A stretch of 64,000 nt of DNA, from assembly GCF_009914755.1 (NCBI RefSeq), contig NC_060940.1. One strand, written 5' to 3'. Below the pieces are notes generated by a model. That model did not search any database. It was given only the letters and a program-made list of their open reading frames with translations, and had not been told where the DNA came from. Both the position numbers and the translations under genes were made by a program. Every line of letters starts with the position of its first letter. Within the stretch, counting starts at the first letter, position 1. Below are positions 1 to 14,980 of the stretch, piece by piece. This DNA comes from the human T2T-CHM13v2.0 reference genome, Homo sapiens.

Positions 1-43
1 TTCAAAAGGAAATGTTTATATGATATTTTAGAAACGCTTTTTA

Positions 44-911
<868 letters not shown>

Positions 912-2036
912 TCATCCTGACTTGTTCTGTGCTCACATTTACAAAGAGTGTCTTTCCACATCTTCAGTCCAGCGCCCATTCTGCAGGATGTATTTATGGG
1001 TTTGACACGCTGGGAAACTGAGCTCCATGCTCGCCAAGGCTTTGTTCCCAAGCTGGAAGAGCAGGGAAGTGCTGGCGGACAAGGCGGGTGCGGGTGGCCA
1101 GGGTGGGCGGCCACCAACCTGGAAAGGGGCCGTGTTCTCCCAGAAATGGTCTCCAATGGAGCGTAAATGGCCAAATATTAGCCTGCCACATAACAGGGGT
1201 GAGAAAATGTCGGTCTGTTTCTTGTATTTGATGCAGAAAGACTATTTAAATCTATGAAATTTCGAAAAAAAAAAAAAAAAAAAAAGCCGTGTGTGTTGGC
1301 GGAGAGGGAAGGGGGTGGTGGATGTTCAAGGCGGACGCATGTGTTTGATGGGGAGACTTCTGTGCGTGGTCTTGTTGTGGTTGCTTGAATTCCTTCCAAA
1401 CGGGCCTTTCTTTCCTTTTTTCTCTATTTCCTCACCCTACAAAGGGCCCCCTTTTCATATTTTACATGTTGTGATTTCACTGAGCCCTTCCAGTTGGTCG
1501 TCAACAGTTCATTTGTGCCAGGGCCTTCTGTAAACTCTGCGCTCGGGTCTCCCGACCTGACCACCCACCGAAACAGGCTGTCTAAACAGCGTGTGTCTGG
1601 GCCTCAGACACAGTAAGCGAGTTCAAGATGGACCCTGTCCAAGGATTTTTTTTTTCTCCTCCAAGCAGAGGTGGGGGCTGGGTGGGAGAGCTGGGGGCAG
1701 ACCCTGGTAGCCCTGGGCCCCGCTTGGATGCGGCCCTTTGAAGTTGGAGAGAAATGGCCCCTGCCTTTTGTCGTTTTTCTCCACGGTTGTCCCTGAGCCT
1801 TAAAAGGGTTTCTCTTACCCTCTCTGACTTGATTCAGTGGCGTCAATCTCTGTGACCAGAGCAAACACGTTGATAGGAACTGGAGCTTCTTTCAGCCTCA
1901 TCCCAAATGTCTGTAGCCAGAGTTTGATCCCCCTCTGCCTCAACTCCCTATACTTGAGGCTAGAACCCCTGGGGTACAGCTCTCAAGGGGTCCTGAGTGG
2001 TCCTCGGCCTGGGCTGATGACATTGCTGGCATTTTG

Positions 2037-2351
2037 GTTTTTGTTTGTTTGAGGCGGAGTGTCGCTCTGCCACCCAGGCTGGAGTTCAGTGGCATGATCT
2101 GGGCTCCCTGCAACCTCTCTCCCGAGTTCAAGTGACTCTCCTACCTTAGCCTCCCGAGTAGCTGGGATTACAGGCACATGCCACCAGGTCCAGTTAATTT
2201 TTTTTTTTTTTTTTTTTTTTTTGGTATTTTTAGTAGAGACGAGGTTTTGCCATGTTAGCCAGGCTTGTCTCGAACTCCTGACCTTGGGCGATCCACCCTC
2301 CTTGGCCTCCTAGAGTGCTGGGATTACAGGCGTGAGCCACCGTGCCCGGCC
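2037..2351 (-). mobile_element. AluS-type SINE with 16-bp TSD
   Basis: Reverse-strand Alu; TSD CATTGCTGGCATTTTG at 2021-2036 and 2352-2367; middle linker expanded to about T25. Confidence 0.95.
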
Positions 2352-2449
2352 CATTGCTGGCATTTTGTGTGTGTCATTGGGACACACTTGGGAAGACCAG
2401 AAGCAGGTGCTGGTTACCCCGTGAACCACTCAGATTTCTTGCTTGCCCT

Positions 2450-2660
2450 CTGCTAGACACTGGCTAGGAGCTCTGCTTAGATTCTCCCACTTAACCTTTG
2501 CAGTGACCCCCCGAGGCTGGTACTGTTGTCACTGAGCCCATTTTACAGGCGAAGGAACTGAGGCATGGACATTCAGATTAGTGCCCCTGAACAGCAGCTG
2601 GTACGTGGCAGAGCAAGGATTCAAACCCAGTACTCCCTGCTCCAGAGGTCACATTCTAGT
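2450..2660 (-). mobile_element. MIR SINE
   Basis: Core CCCATTTTACAGGCGAAGGAACTGAGGC and GGATTCAAACCCAG. Confidence 0.75.
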
Positions 2661-2806
2661 ATGGTGTTACAGTCTTCCAGGTGCTATCTCCAATGAGAGT
2701 TCCCCAGGACATCACAGAATCAGTAATGAAAGCAGCTGCCCGATGGTGAACACTCAGGAAACACTTACTGGGTTTTATCTTACACCCTTTACACAGGCAG
2801 ACCTCA

Positions 2807-3200
<394 letters not shown>

Positions 3201-3374
3201 TTACCGAAAAATATTGCTAAAAACTGCTAACAATCATCTGAGCCTTCAGAGAGCTGTGATCTTTTTGCTGGAGGGCATTGCCTCGATGTTGATGGCTGCT
3301 GGACTGATCAGGGTGGTGCTTGCTGAAGGCTGAGGGGGCTGTGGCAATTTATTAAAACAAGACAACAATAAAGT

Positions 3375-4173
3375 TTACTGCATCCATGGACTCTTTCTTT
3401 TACAAAGGATTTCTCTGTAGCATGCAATGCAGTTTGATAGCATTTTACCCGCAGTAAAACTTCTTTCAAAATTGGAGTCAATTCTCTCAAACTCTGTTGC
3501 TGTTTTATCAACTAAGTTTACATAATTGCCTAAGTCGTTTGTTGTCGTTTCAACAATGTTCAAAGCATCTTCTCCAGGAGTAGATTCCATCTCAAGAAAC
3601 TGCTTTCTTTTCTCATTCATAAACAGCAGCTCCTCATCTGTTGAAATTTGATCATGAGCTTGCAGCCATTCAGCCCCATCGTCAGGCTGTACTTCTCATT
3701 CCAGTTCTCTTGCTATTTGCTTCACATCTGCAGTGACTTCCTCCACTAAAGTCTTAAATCCCTCAGAGTCATCCAGGAGGGATGGAATCCACTTCTTCCA
3801 AACTTCTGTTAATGTGGATATTTTGACCTCTTACCATGAATCACAAATGTTCTTAATGGGACCTAGAATGGTGAGTCCTTTCCAGAAGGTTTCCAATTTT
3901 CTTGGCCCAGATCCATCAGAGGAATTACTTTTTATGGCAGCTATAGTCTTACAAAATGTATTTCTTAAATAGTAAGAGTAACAGTAATAGTAATAGTAAG
4001 AGTCTTGAGTAAGACTCAAAAGTCAAAATTAGTCCTTGATCCATGGGCTGCAGAATGATTGTGTCAGCAGACAGGAAAACAACATTAATCTCCTTGTACA
4101 TCTCCATCAGAGCTCTTGGGCAACCAGATGCATTGTCAATGTGCAGGAATAGTTTGAAAGGAATAGGTCTCAA
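3375..4173 (-). pseudogene. Decayed Tigger1 transposase (DDE_1 and C-terminal fragments)
   Basis: ORF fragments IDNASGCP...LQPMDQGLI (pogo DDE motif) and [14 protein letters not shown]...[11 protein letters not shown], separated by frameshifts and stops. Confidence 0.85.
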
Positions 4174-4201
4174 CCGTGGGCTTAAAATATTTAGTTAACC
4201 A

Positions 4202-4507
<306 letters not shown>

Positions 4508-5754
4508 TTAGTAAACCATGCTGTAAACAGATGTGCTGGCATTCTGCAGGCAGAGTAGATCTAGCACCATTTGCATCATTCTTAAGGGCCCTAGGATTTC
4601 AAGAATGGTAAATGAGTATTGGCTTCAACTCAAAGTGACCAGCTGCATTAGCCCCAAACAAGAGTCAGCCTGTCCTTTGAAGCTCTGAAACCAGCCATTG
4701 ACTTCTCTCTAGCTATGAAAATCCTATATGGTGTAATTTTTTCCAATATAAAGCTGTTTTGTCTTCATGGAAAATCTGTGGTTTAGTGTAGCCACCGTTA
4801 TCAATGACCTTAGCTAGATCTTTTGGAGAACTTGCAATTTCTCTGTCAACACCTCCTGCTTGCCTTGCACTTTTATGTTATGGAGATGGCGTTTTTTTTT
4901 TCATTAAACCTTAGGAGCCAACCTCTTGTTAGCTTCAAACTTTTCTTCTGCAGCTTCCTCACCTCTCTCAGCCTTCACAGGATTGAAGAGCGTTAGGGCT
5001 TTGCTCTCGATCAGGCTTGGGCTTAAGGGAATGTTGTAGCTGGTTTGATCTTCCATCTAGACCCTAAAACTTTCTCCATATCAGGAATAAGGCTGTTTCA
5101 CTTTCCTATTGTTGGTGTGTTCCCTGGAGTAGCAGGTTTAATTCCCTTCAAGAACTTTTCCTTTGCATTCAAACTTGGCTAATAACTGTTTGGCACAAGA
5201 GGCCTAGCTTTTGGCCCATCTCAGCTTACAACATACCTTTCTCACTAAATTTAATAATTTCTACCTTTCAATTTAAACTGAGATACGTGTGACTCTCCCC
5301 TTCATTTAAAGGCTCGGAGGCCACTTTAGACCCCCCAGTATTGAAATGCGCTGAATTTCAATATTGTTGTGTGGGTCTCAGAGAATAAGGAGGCCCGAGC
5401 AGAGGGAGAGAGACGGGGGAACAGCCAGTGACTGGGACAGTCAGAACACACGCAGCATTTATCAACTAAGTTTGTCGTCTTCTGTGAGTGTGGCTTGTGC
5501 CACCCCAAGATAATTATTTACAACAGTAACACCAAAGATCACTGATTACAGATCACCGGAGCAGATATAATAATAACAAAAAGTTTGCAGTATTGTGAGA
5601 ATTACCAAAATGTGACACAGGAACAGGAAATGAGGACGTGATGTTGGAAAAATGGTGCCAACAGAATTGCTTGACACAAACCTTCAATTTGTTTTTTAAA
5701 AAAGCGTTACCTGCAAAATGCAACAAGGCAAGGCGTGCCTGTGCTTCGCGACTT

Positions 5755-5850
5755 TTCAGTCTTCACAACAACCCTGTGAAGTCAGTATTATTAATACTTC
5801 CATGTGCCAGATAAGGAAACTGAGGCCAGAAAAAATTCGAGATAATAAGT
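5755..5850 (-). mobile_element. MIR fragment
   Basis: CACAACAACCCTGTGAAG...AGATAAGGAAACTGAGGC. Confidence 0.65.
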
Positions 5851-5989
5851 GGCAGGGTCTGTGTTCCTGTGTCTGTGTTGGTGTAGACATCACTAAAAAT
5901 GTCACCTGGTGACATTGAGGCAGCTCCACCATGTGCCAAGGCCCCGTGGCCAATGTCCCTGCAGGGGATGCCAACAGGAGGATGGAGAA

Positions 5990-6300
5990 ATGAGATGGTT
6001 CTTGTAAACGATGGGATACTGCACAGCAGCGACGTCGCATGAGGAGAGCTACAGGCACCCACATGGGAGGGTCTCACAGATAAAACACTGGATGAGAAAC
6101 GTTGCAGCAGAGCAAAGATGAAAAACATGGGCTGGGTGGTGTGTCTCACACCTGTAATCGTAGTACGACTCACACCTGTAATCGTAGTACTTTGGGAGTC
6201 TGAGGCAGGAGGATCACTGGAGTCCAGGAGTTCCAGGCTGCAGTGAGCTATGATTGCACCAGTGCACTCCAGCCTGGGAAACAGAGGGAGACCCTGTCTC

Positions 6301-6355
<55 letters not shown>

Positions 6356-6610
6356 AGAGAGAAAACAATACTACATGGCATTCATAAAAAGAATTCAATA
6401 GAATATCGGTATTGAAATTCATGGGAATGATGGACACTAAATTCAGGAAAATATTTCCTTGGCAGGAGAAGGGGGAGATACGGGAATGAGCGGGGCTCAC
6501 GGGGGATTCAACCATAAAGCATTGCTCCTGAATCGGGATGGTGAGTGTACAGGGCCTTATTATTCTTTATACCTCGTTTAACGTCTGGAATATGTAATAA
6601 GTTTTTCAAA
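5990..6610 (+). mobile_element. Old L1ME 3' UTR fragment split by an Alu monomer
   Basis: Degenerate L1M 3'-end motifs (ATGGGATACTGCACAGCAG..., GGATGGTGAGTGTACAGGG...TTATTATTCTTTATAC). Confidence 0.5.
6130..6362 (+). mobile_element. Alu monomer (FRAM/FAM-like) with (CA)n(GA)n tail
   Basis: Single Alu arm ending GACCCTGTCTC, followed by about 25 CA units at 6302-6352. Confidence 0.85.
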
Positions 6611-7304
6611 GGTGGCCAACCACAGGGAGTATCTTATGTGCAGAAAATTTGGGGCCCGGGAGAAATTGGGGGAAGTTTGATCCAAAAAAAGGGGAACATA
6701 TTAAAAGATAAAGAGTATCAGTGGGGATGAGGTGGGTCTGAGAGAGCCGGCGGGGGTGGAGTGGGGTAGACGAGACCACCTCCACCTGGGACCCTGATGG
6801 TCGTAGGGAATCTTTCCTGTCCTCAGCCTGCCACCCAGCAAGACTGGCTGATTCTGAAAACTTGACTGTTAGGAATTCTTTTCTTTGGCCTAAGAACTCT
6901 CCTACTCCATTTAAAATTCAACCCCTCAGGGACTGGAGGTCATTAAAACCTCCTCAGTCATTTCCGTGTCACGGTGAATGAGGCTGCCAGGATATTTCGT
7001 GAGTGCAGCGTTATGACAGAAGAGAACACAAGGGCATGTTCGTGTGAGTGGAAAGAAGGCATTTCTGGGCTGGGAGTGAGAACAGGTGGAGAAAAGAGTG
7101 TGATGTACACACCTGGACAGAACCCTCCAGCCTTCACAATTTTCTATCAGGCTGGGGGTTGTCGATCTTTTGGAATAGATGACTGAGGATCACATCCCAT
7201 CATCCCACGCTTTCCATGAACAAACGTGCAGATGAGAGAGTGGAGCCCACCTCTCACTGGCCACGGTTACACCCGGCATCAGGCAGGCCTGCCCCAGTCT
7301 CTCA

Positions 7305-7390
7305 TGTGTGAACCTGGGCGAATCTTGGTAACCTCCGAGCCTCAGGTTTCTCCTCTGTTATGATGGGGACACTAATGCTGTCTCACAAGC
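7305..7390 (+). mobile_element. MIR fragment
   Basis: GAGCCTCAGGTTTCTCCTCTGTTATGATGGGG core. Confidence 0.55.
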
Positions 7391-7554
7391 CGGTCTGTCT
7401 TCCAGGAGATGATGTCAATGGGCTCGTCCAGCACAATCAGTGAGCCCCCTGCAGTAGCCTCTTCCCTGAAAGGACCAAGGCCTCACTGTATGAGTCAGAT
7501 GGCACCACACCCCAGCCTGCAGCACAGCAGCGGCCCCGCTGTCCTGAGATACAA

Positions 7555-7782
7555 TCCTTCATTCTGGCCTAAAGGCCCTGCGTGATGAGCCCGGTCCCCC
7601 TTGTATCCCTCCTGGTGCCCTGGCCTCCTGCCAGTTGTCCAGGCAGGCTCTTTCTACCTCAGGGCCTTTGCACCACCTGCCTCTCCTCCTGGAACACCCT
7701 TCCCCAGATAGTCTCAGGCCTGGATCTCCTCCTCTGCAGGTCCCAGCTCCACTGTCACTCCTCAGCGAGGCCCTCCCTGACT
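7555..7782 (+). mobile_element. L2 LINE fragment
   Basis: CTCAGGGCCTTTGCAC...CCTGGAACACCCTTCCCC...GAGGCCCTCCCTGAC. Confidence 0.7.
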
Positions 7783-8023
7783 GAAGGGATCAGTGCCCTT
7801 GTAAAAGAGGCCTGAGAAAGACCCCTAACACCTTCCACCAAGTGATGGCACAGCAAGAAGGCACCATCTATGAACCAGAAAGTTTGTCCTTACTAGACAC
7901 CAGCCAAGTCTGTCGCTGCCTTGGTCTTGGACTTCCAGCCTCCAGAACTGTGAGAAATGCATTCGTTGTTTATAAACCACTCAGTTCATGATGTTCGTTA
8001 CAGCAGCCTGAGCAGCCCAAGAC
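7783..8023 (+). mobile_element. MLT1A-type MaLR LTR, 3' part
   Basis: TTGGACTTCCAGCCTCCAGAACTGTGAGAAAT...AGCAGCCTGAGCAGCCCAAGACA end. Confidence 0.8.
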
Positions 8024-10764
8024 AATAACAAACCAGCCACAAGTCAGTAGCTACAAACAGCAAGCATCTACTCTGGAGGGACCTGGGTGGGGCTGGGCGG
8101 GGCTGAGCGGGGCAGTGCCACTGGGTTGGCTTAGCTCTTGTGACTCCCGCTCACTCCTGGGACCAAGGGGTGGCCCAGGCACATCCTGCTGATACAGTGA
8201 CTGGGACAAGGGAGCCAGTACAGCTGCACACATGCCTGCTCCAGCCCTGCTTGTGCCACATCTGCTGGCAGACACGGGCTGAACTCTGAACGGAGTAAGG
8301 AGATACAGGCCACCTCTGCATGGGAACAGCCATGAAGACCTGTGGCACAGGGTGTGGACACAGGAAGGGGCAGACACAGAGCCATCCCTCAACCCCTCAA
8401 CCTAGTGACATACTGGAGCTCGAAGTGCCCAGCACAAGGCCTGGCCCAGAGGCGGTGGTTGACGCGGGCTGCAGAGGGAAGACAGCGAGATTCTGCCGTG
8501 GCGGACACCCATGCATTTGGCTGGCAGAGAAGTGGAGGAGGGGCTGTAGGATCTCAGGGGAGGGACAGGCCTCTCTCAGTGGGCACTCTTATGGGCGTGG
8601 CTTCCTTGGGGAGCGGGCATTTAAGCTGGGTCTTGAGGGCTGAAGAGACAGACAGGGAGGGCTGGAGGGCATGCAGATGGGAAGGAGCTGGAGAGCTTGG
8701 GTCTGAGCTGTCTGGGCATTAGCAGGGGCAGAGGAGCTGCAGGACCAGATGCAGGAGAAATTGGTTCTAGGAGCACCAATTTCTGATCAGCTTCACGGTC
8801 CTTGAAGGAACCATCAGCCGGTCTTGCCTGCTGGTTGCACTGGGGGGAAGCGCTGCAGTGAGCCTCAGGAAGGTCCAAGTCTCCCCGCCCAGAGCCTGGC
8901 AGGTTGGACAGTGCCAAGTCATACCCGGGAGGCTGGGTCTCCCCCCACCTGCCTCCTCCCTGCACCCGGGTGTCCCAGGCTCGCTGTGAGGCCAGTGCAG
9001 ATGGAACAGGCTATCATTCTGGACTATTAAAGAGGAATGATCAAATGTGCTCTTTCTACTTAATCATGATTGCTCAAGAATTTGCTGACATGCTGTGGAG
9101 TGATAACATGATAGTGATAACATGATAGTGAAACTGGCCAGATCCCTGGACCGTGTGCTCAGAACAAACTTCTGCTTTGGGCCCACTGGACGCCACACCT
9201 CTCCCTCCCACTCTGCTCTTCCTGGGCGGTGTGGTTTTTCTGCAAGTCGCCTCAGAGGCCTCAGAGGAATGCAAAAAATGGGAGGGATTTCAGGCCTTGT
9301 TTCACCATTGGAGGAACAAATCTGTGCAGGCCTGGTGGAGCAATTCCATGTTTCGTGTCTGTTCCTTTTCCTGGGCACGGGGAAAATTCTATTTCCCAGA
9401 TTCCCTTGCAGTTGGGTTGAGCCGTGTACCTGACTCCAGCCCACAGGCTGGGAGTGGAAGTGAAGTGGCCCCTCTATGCCGAGAGCTTAGCAGCAGTCAG
9501 AGCTCTCCATGCTCAGCAGTCTGACTCCCTGCTGTGGACACAGGAAAAGCCACATGGTGATGGGGTGGACGCCACAAGATGGAAACAGCCTGGATCTCTG
9601 AGTCACCGGCTGGAGCAAGATTTCCATCAACCTGCTGTAGCATAGAGTAGCCTCTTCCCTACTGTTGAAGGCATGAGCCTTGTTTAGCTCTGTTGGTTAG
9701 AATATTTATACCCGTGACCTGGACTCCTCCACTTCATCCTCACAGCAGCCCGTGAGGAAGGGCCATCACTCCGCCCACTTTGCACACAGGAAAATGAGGC
9801 CTGTAGATGAAGCTCTTACCCTGGCTGCCCTCTGCCTCTGTCCTTCGCTTGGTCTAGGATCTTGGGAAGTTGGTTTCCCTCGTTGGGCCAAAACGTCTTC
9901 CTCTGAAAAAGGAGGTCGCTAGGTGGGGTGGTTGGACAAGGTCATACAATCTAAGACAGAGGACCAGGTTCTTGTAGCTCAGAAGTTCCCAAAGATTTGG
10001 ATTCTCTGAGAAATAAATATAGATAACTTGGGGAATGCTATTCAGTTGCCACCTTTAATTTTTCCAATGAAAAGATCACGAAAGGCTCAAGCATGTATTA
10101 TTTCCATCATGTCGGAAGAGAAGAAATGCAGGCTCTTTCTGCAGGTCCCCTCTCCTACCCCATGTCCCTGCAGTGGGTTCTGAGCTAGGACTTACGTCGG
10201 GGGCACACTGACAGCCACACCCCATGCCACGCCCTGAGGCCACCCCCTCCTGAGGCTTTGGCTTCCTCATCTGTAAAATTGGAGGGCTGGAGTTAGGCGG
10301 CCTTTGATGCCTCTTTGGCTCAAATGTTCACTCAATTTAGGATGACCCCATGTCTCACAGCTTTTCAGTTTCCATGAGACTGTGAGTAGCTGATAGCTGT
10401 GGGGTTTTAGAGATGTTTCCGTAGGGAGCTTCAAGGGTCTGGAGGAGAGAACCAGCCACAGGAGGGTTGTGTGAATGACCTGGGAGTGTAGGCAGCCTGT
10501 CTTCCTGCTGGGAGGGTACCTGGTGCCCTTTGCTCTGGGCACAGCTGCTGTCCCTGCTGGAGGGATCAAGGAAGAGCTTTGCCTGCCCAGCTTCATAGAA
10601 AGGTGCAGCGATCAGAGGAGAAGGCACTGCCCAAGAAGGAAGGAATGGGATGAAGCTGAACTTAGACACCTGGAGGACAAGATGTAGAACATCCCTGGGG
10701 ACCCATCCAGGCAACCATGTCCAGAAATTCTCAGCAGGGAGAGCAGGAAGGAGGCTTGAGAATA

Positions 10765-10973
10765 ATATCTATCTATCTAAAATACCTATCTATTTATCTA
10801 AAATATCTATCTTCTATCTATCTAAAATTATCTATCATATCTATCATCTATCTAATCTATCTAATAATTTATCTGCCTATCTATGCATCTGCCTATCCTA
10901 TTATCTGTCTATCATCAATCTAATAATGTATCTGCCTGTCTATCCTATTATCTACCTATCTATCTGTCTATCT
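10765..10973. repeat. Degenerate (TCTA)n microsatellite
   Basis: Run of ATCT/TATC units visible directly. Confidence 0.9.
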
Positions 10974-11053
10974 TTAGGAATACAGAAGGAAGGGTCATTA
11001 AAATAATCTAGTTTAGAGATCCACAAACACAAACCTATTAGTTATTTGCATTA

Positions 11054-11133
11054 TTAAGCCTCTAACCATATGAAATTGGCATTTTAAGTTAAAAAATGTT
11101 CAATAAGGGTGATTTTAATGTAATTTAACCTAA
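11054..11133. mobile_element. MADE2-like mariner MITE (about 80 bp)
   Basis: AACCATATGAAATTGGC ... GATTTTAATGTAATTTAACCTAA, degenerate inverted termini matching the recalled MADE2 consensus. Confidence 0.6.
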
Positions 11134-11536
11134 AAGAGTCGCTGGGGGGTATTTGTTAAGCCTGTCGTTTCCTGACCCTTCCCAGGCCCACCAAGCCAGT
11201 GTTGACAGAGAACATGTCCCTGGAATCTGAATCTCCACCAGTGTCCCAGGCAATTCTGATGCTCTCCCTTGTTTGGGAATTGCCAGCTGTCCCCTCCCTG
11301 AAGCCTCTTCTTATCTTCCAGTGGATACTGGTTCTGTTTGTACTCAGTTACCAACCCTTTAGGTCCCAGGACCTCCTGATTCCACCCAAAGCTCCCTAAT
11401 ATGCAGACTGTGACAAGCATTAGAGAGATTGACATTCATTGTACTGGGTGTTTCTCCAGGGGCTTTTTAAACATCGAGGTGATATTTATAGCAGCAGAAC
11501 ACGCTCACACGCCATCTAGTTTATATCCTCTCACGC

Positions 11537-11985
11537 TGTGTTGGTGAGGGTAAACTCCAAGCAGCTTTAACCAGAAACACTCCAGAATACAGGGCTTTAA
11601 GAACAGAGCGTATGATTTATCTCCCGTGTTGTGGTCCTAAAGACAGTGGCCCAGGGGCCTGGATGTGTCATGCAGCTCTTTGGGACCCAGGTCCCCTCCA
11701 TCCCATTGCTCTGCCATCTCCCATAGGGTCGGGCTCATCTACAAGGTGGAAGCTGGCATCCACCTCCGTGCTCCACCTCCTGGGGAGGCGACAATAATGG
11801 AGGGGCACCTGCACAGAAGGCCCAGGCTGAGAAGCATCTCAGATCACCTACACTCACATTGAGGTTTAGGCACATGGTCCCTGACCTGCAAAGGATGGAG
11901 GGTGATGTGTTCTCCAGCACGGGCAGCTGTGTGCTCACCCACTGTTCTGTTTCTGCAGAAGAAGAGGAGGATGTATTTGATGGCT
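11537..11985 (-). mobile_element. MLT1J/K-type MaLR LTR
   Basis: GGGACCCAGGTCCCCTCCATC...GCTCTGCCATC and CACATGGTCC...CTGCAAAGGATGGAGG motifs. Confidence 0.6.
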
Positions 11986-12439
11986 AAGGGGTGGTCTATG
12001 CAGAGATGCACCTAGGTGTTTGGGTTTGAAACTGACAGCACTCTCCAAACGGCAGGGCTGAGCTGCCCTCAGAGGGCTTTGGGTGTGCGGGGCCAGTGGA
12101 AGCCCAAGGAGTAGGGGAAGCCTGGAATGGACCCCACACGGGGATTCTCACCAATGGGTTCCACATGCAAGGCCTCCCTGGATGGGGTGGGGTGTCCCAG
12201 AAATAATTACGAGATGCTTTGGCAGGGGCTGAGTTCACACTGACACAGGAGTCGGGGAGGGTGGCCTTGTCCGTGTTTTGTGCCTTACGTGACCTTGTTC
12301 ACAGAGCAGTGGGACCTGATGCACTGATTATGTTTGCATTGTGGGTGGTCTTGTAGAGTCCTGTGCCATCATTCCATCTTTAATTACTTAATAATGCAGG
12401 CATGCAAAAAGTGGCCCTGGGTGAGGGATTGGGCCCCTC

Positions 12440-12711
12440 TGTCTTAGTCTACTCAGGTGGTTGTAGCAAATACCACAGATGGGGTAGCTTAAAAGGCAGA
12501 CTTTTATGTCTCACAGTTCTGAAGACTGGAAGACCGAGATCAAGGTATCAGCTGATTGTGTTCCTGGTGAGAGCCTGCTTCCTGGTATGCAGGCAGCCAC
12601 CTTCCCACCGTGTCCTCACACGGCAGAGAGGGAGGGAGCTCTGGCCTCTTGTCCTCTTCTTATAAGGACACTAATCCCAGCATGGGGGCCCTCCTCCCCT
12701 GTGACCTCATC
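12440..12711 (-). mobile_element. MLT1A0-type LTR, truncated
   Basis: TGTCTTAGTC start; TCTCACAGTTCTGAAGACTGGAAG..AGATCAAGGT; ends abruptly at GACCTCATC. Confidence 0.85.
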
Positions 12712-13081
12712 TGTCTTAACAGTTCAGGCAGCTATGACAAGATACCATAGACAGGGTGACTGGTAAACAATAGAAATTTGTTTCTCATAGTTCTGGAGGC
12801 TGGGAGTCCAAGATCAAGGCGCTGGCCGACCACTGGCAGATTTTGGTGTCTGGTGAGGGCTCATTTCCTGGTCCGTCCACGGCCAGCTTTTTGCTGTGTC
12901 CTCGGAAGGGGCAAGAGATCTCTCTGGGGCCTCTTTTATAAGGATGTGAATTCCAATCATAGGGGCAGAGCCCTCACGACCTAGTCACCTCTCAAAGGCC
13001 CCGCCTTCTAATACACCATCGCATTGAGAGTTAGGGATTCAACATATAAACTTGGAGGGACACAACATTTAGTCCAGGACA
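12712..13081 (-). mobile_element. MLT1A-type LTR, complete
   Basis: TG...CA termini; CTCATAGTTCTGGAGGCTGGGAGTCCAAGATCAAGG; GGGACACAACATTTAGTCC. Confidence 0.87.
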
Positions 13082-13230
13082 CACTCTGTGCCTCAGTGTC
13101 CTTGTCCTTGGAGTGAGGTTAATGGCTATGCCTACCACAAGGGTGGGAGATGGGCACTGAAGATTCAGTGAGATGGTGTCTGCCAAGTGCCCAGCAGTGC
13201 CTGGCCCATGGACAACACCCTAGAGATGGC
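13082..13230 (+). mobile_element. MIR (host of the LTR pair; left part about 12410-12439)
   Basis: CTCTGTGCCTCAGT...CAGTGCCTGGCCCAT continues the MIR begun at GTGGCCCTGGGTGAG. Confidence 0.6.
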
Positions 13231-13460
13231 AGCTCTTGGTTGTGAAATGAGCATGGGAATGTAGCTATTGCAAGGTGGACCCATTAATGGGAGCTCACAT
13301 TTATAGATTCGGTGCATTTTCTCTGTAAATACTGCAGAAATTAACACAATTGTAGGTGACTTCGTGGTGTTAGCAGGCATTTACCTTTGTTGATAGGCTC
13401 CTACCCTTCTTACACTTAATACCATGTGCCATTTCTGCATGAATGTGATGGTCATTAAAA

Positions 13461-13965
13461 CATTTTTCCACCTTTATTGAGATATGATTAAAAAATAAAC
13501 ACTGCATATATTCAAAGTGTACGACATGATGATCTAGTCTATATGGAGATTCATCACTTTGCATAGTTATCACCGTCTATGGGGGTGGTGGTGACGGTGA
13601 GGATGTTTAAGTGCTACTCTCTTAGCAAATTTCAAGTAAACAATACTGTTTTATTCATTAGAGTCACCATGCTTACTTAGCATGAACCTTTGTTCATAAT
13701 TGAACCTTTGTTCCCTTTGATCAACATCTCCCCATTTCTCCCGCCCACAGTCCCTGGCAACCTCCATTCTTCTCTCTGCTGCTATGAGGTCATCTTTTCT
13801 CCGTGAGATTATGCCATCTTTGTCTTCCTGTGATTAGCTTATTTCACTTGGCGTGAAATTGCACAGGTTCATCCATGTTGTGGTAAATGTCAGGATTTCT
13901 TTCTTCATGGCTGAAAAATATTCGCTGTATATAAACCCCACATTTTCTTTATCCATTTATTCATT
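13461..13965 (-). mobile_element. L1MA-type 3' end
   Basis: CTTTATTGAGATATGATT...CTACTCTCTTAGCAAATTTCAAGTA...CACATTTTCTTTATCCATT. Confidence 0.82.
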
Positions 13966-14192
13966 AAAATGTTTTTAAAAGCTAGAATAACAATTAATAA
14001 AGCCCAAAGCTCTTCCTGAATAGGTAAAGAAAGTCCTATCCCCTCTACCCTGCCTGATCTGTTAGACCTAGCTAGTAGGATTAGGAAATAAGTTCTAAAC
14101 ATCCTATTTTAGAGGGACTCTTAGCAATGGGCATGACGGGACAGCAGTGAGCAGGGGGTAGGGTACTGAAAGCACAGTCATAAAATACGAGC

Positions 14193-14980
<788 letters not shown>

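Noticed and set aside
3375-4173. Possible domesticated TIGD-like gene
   Set aside because: Fragmented by frameshifts, stops and an Alu insertion; retains transposon termini
5763-6515. 250-aa minus-strand ORF
   Set aside because: Runs through L1, (TG)n, an Alu monomer and a MIR; contains the typical antisense-Alu peptide
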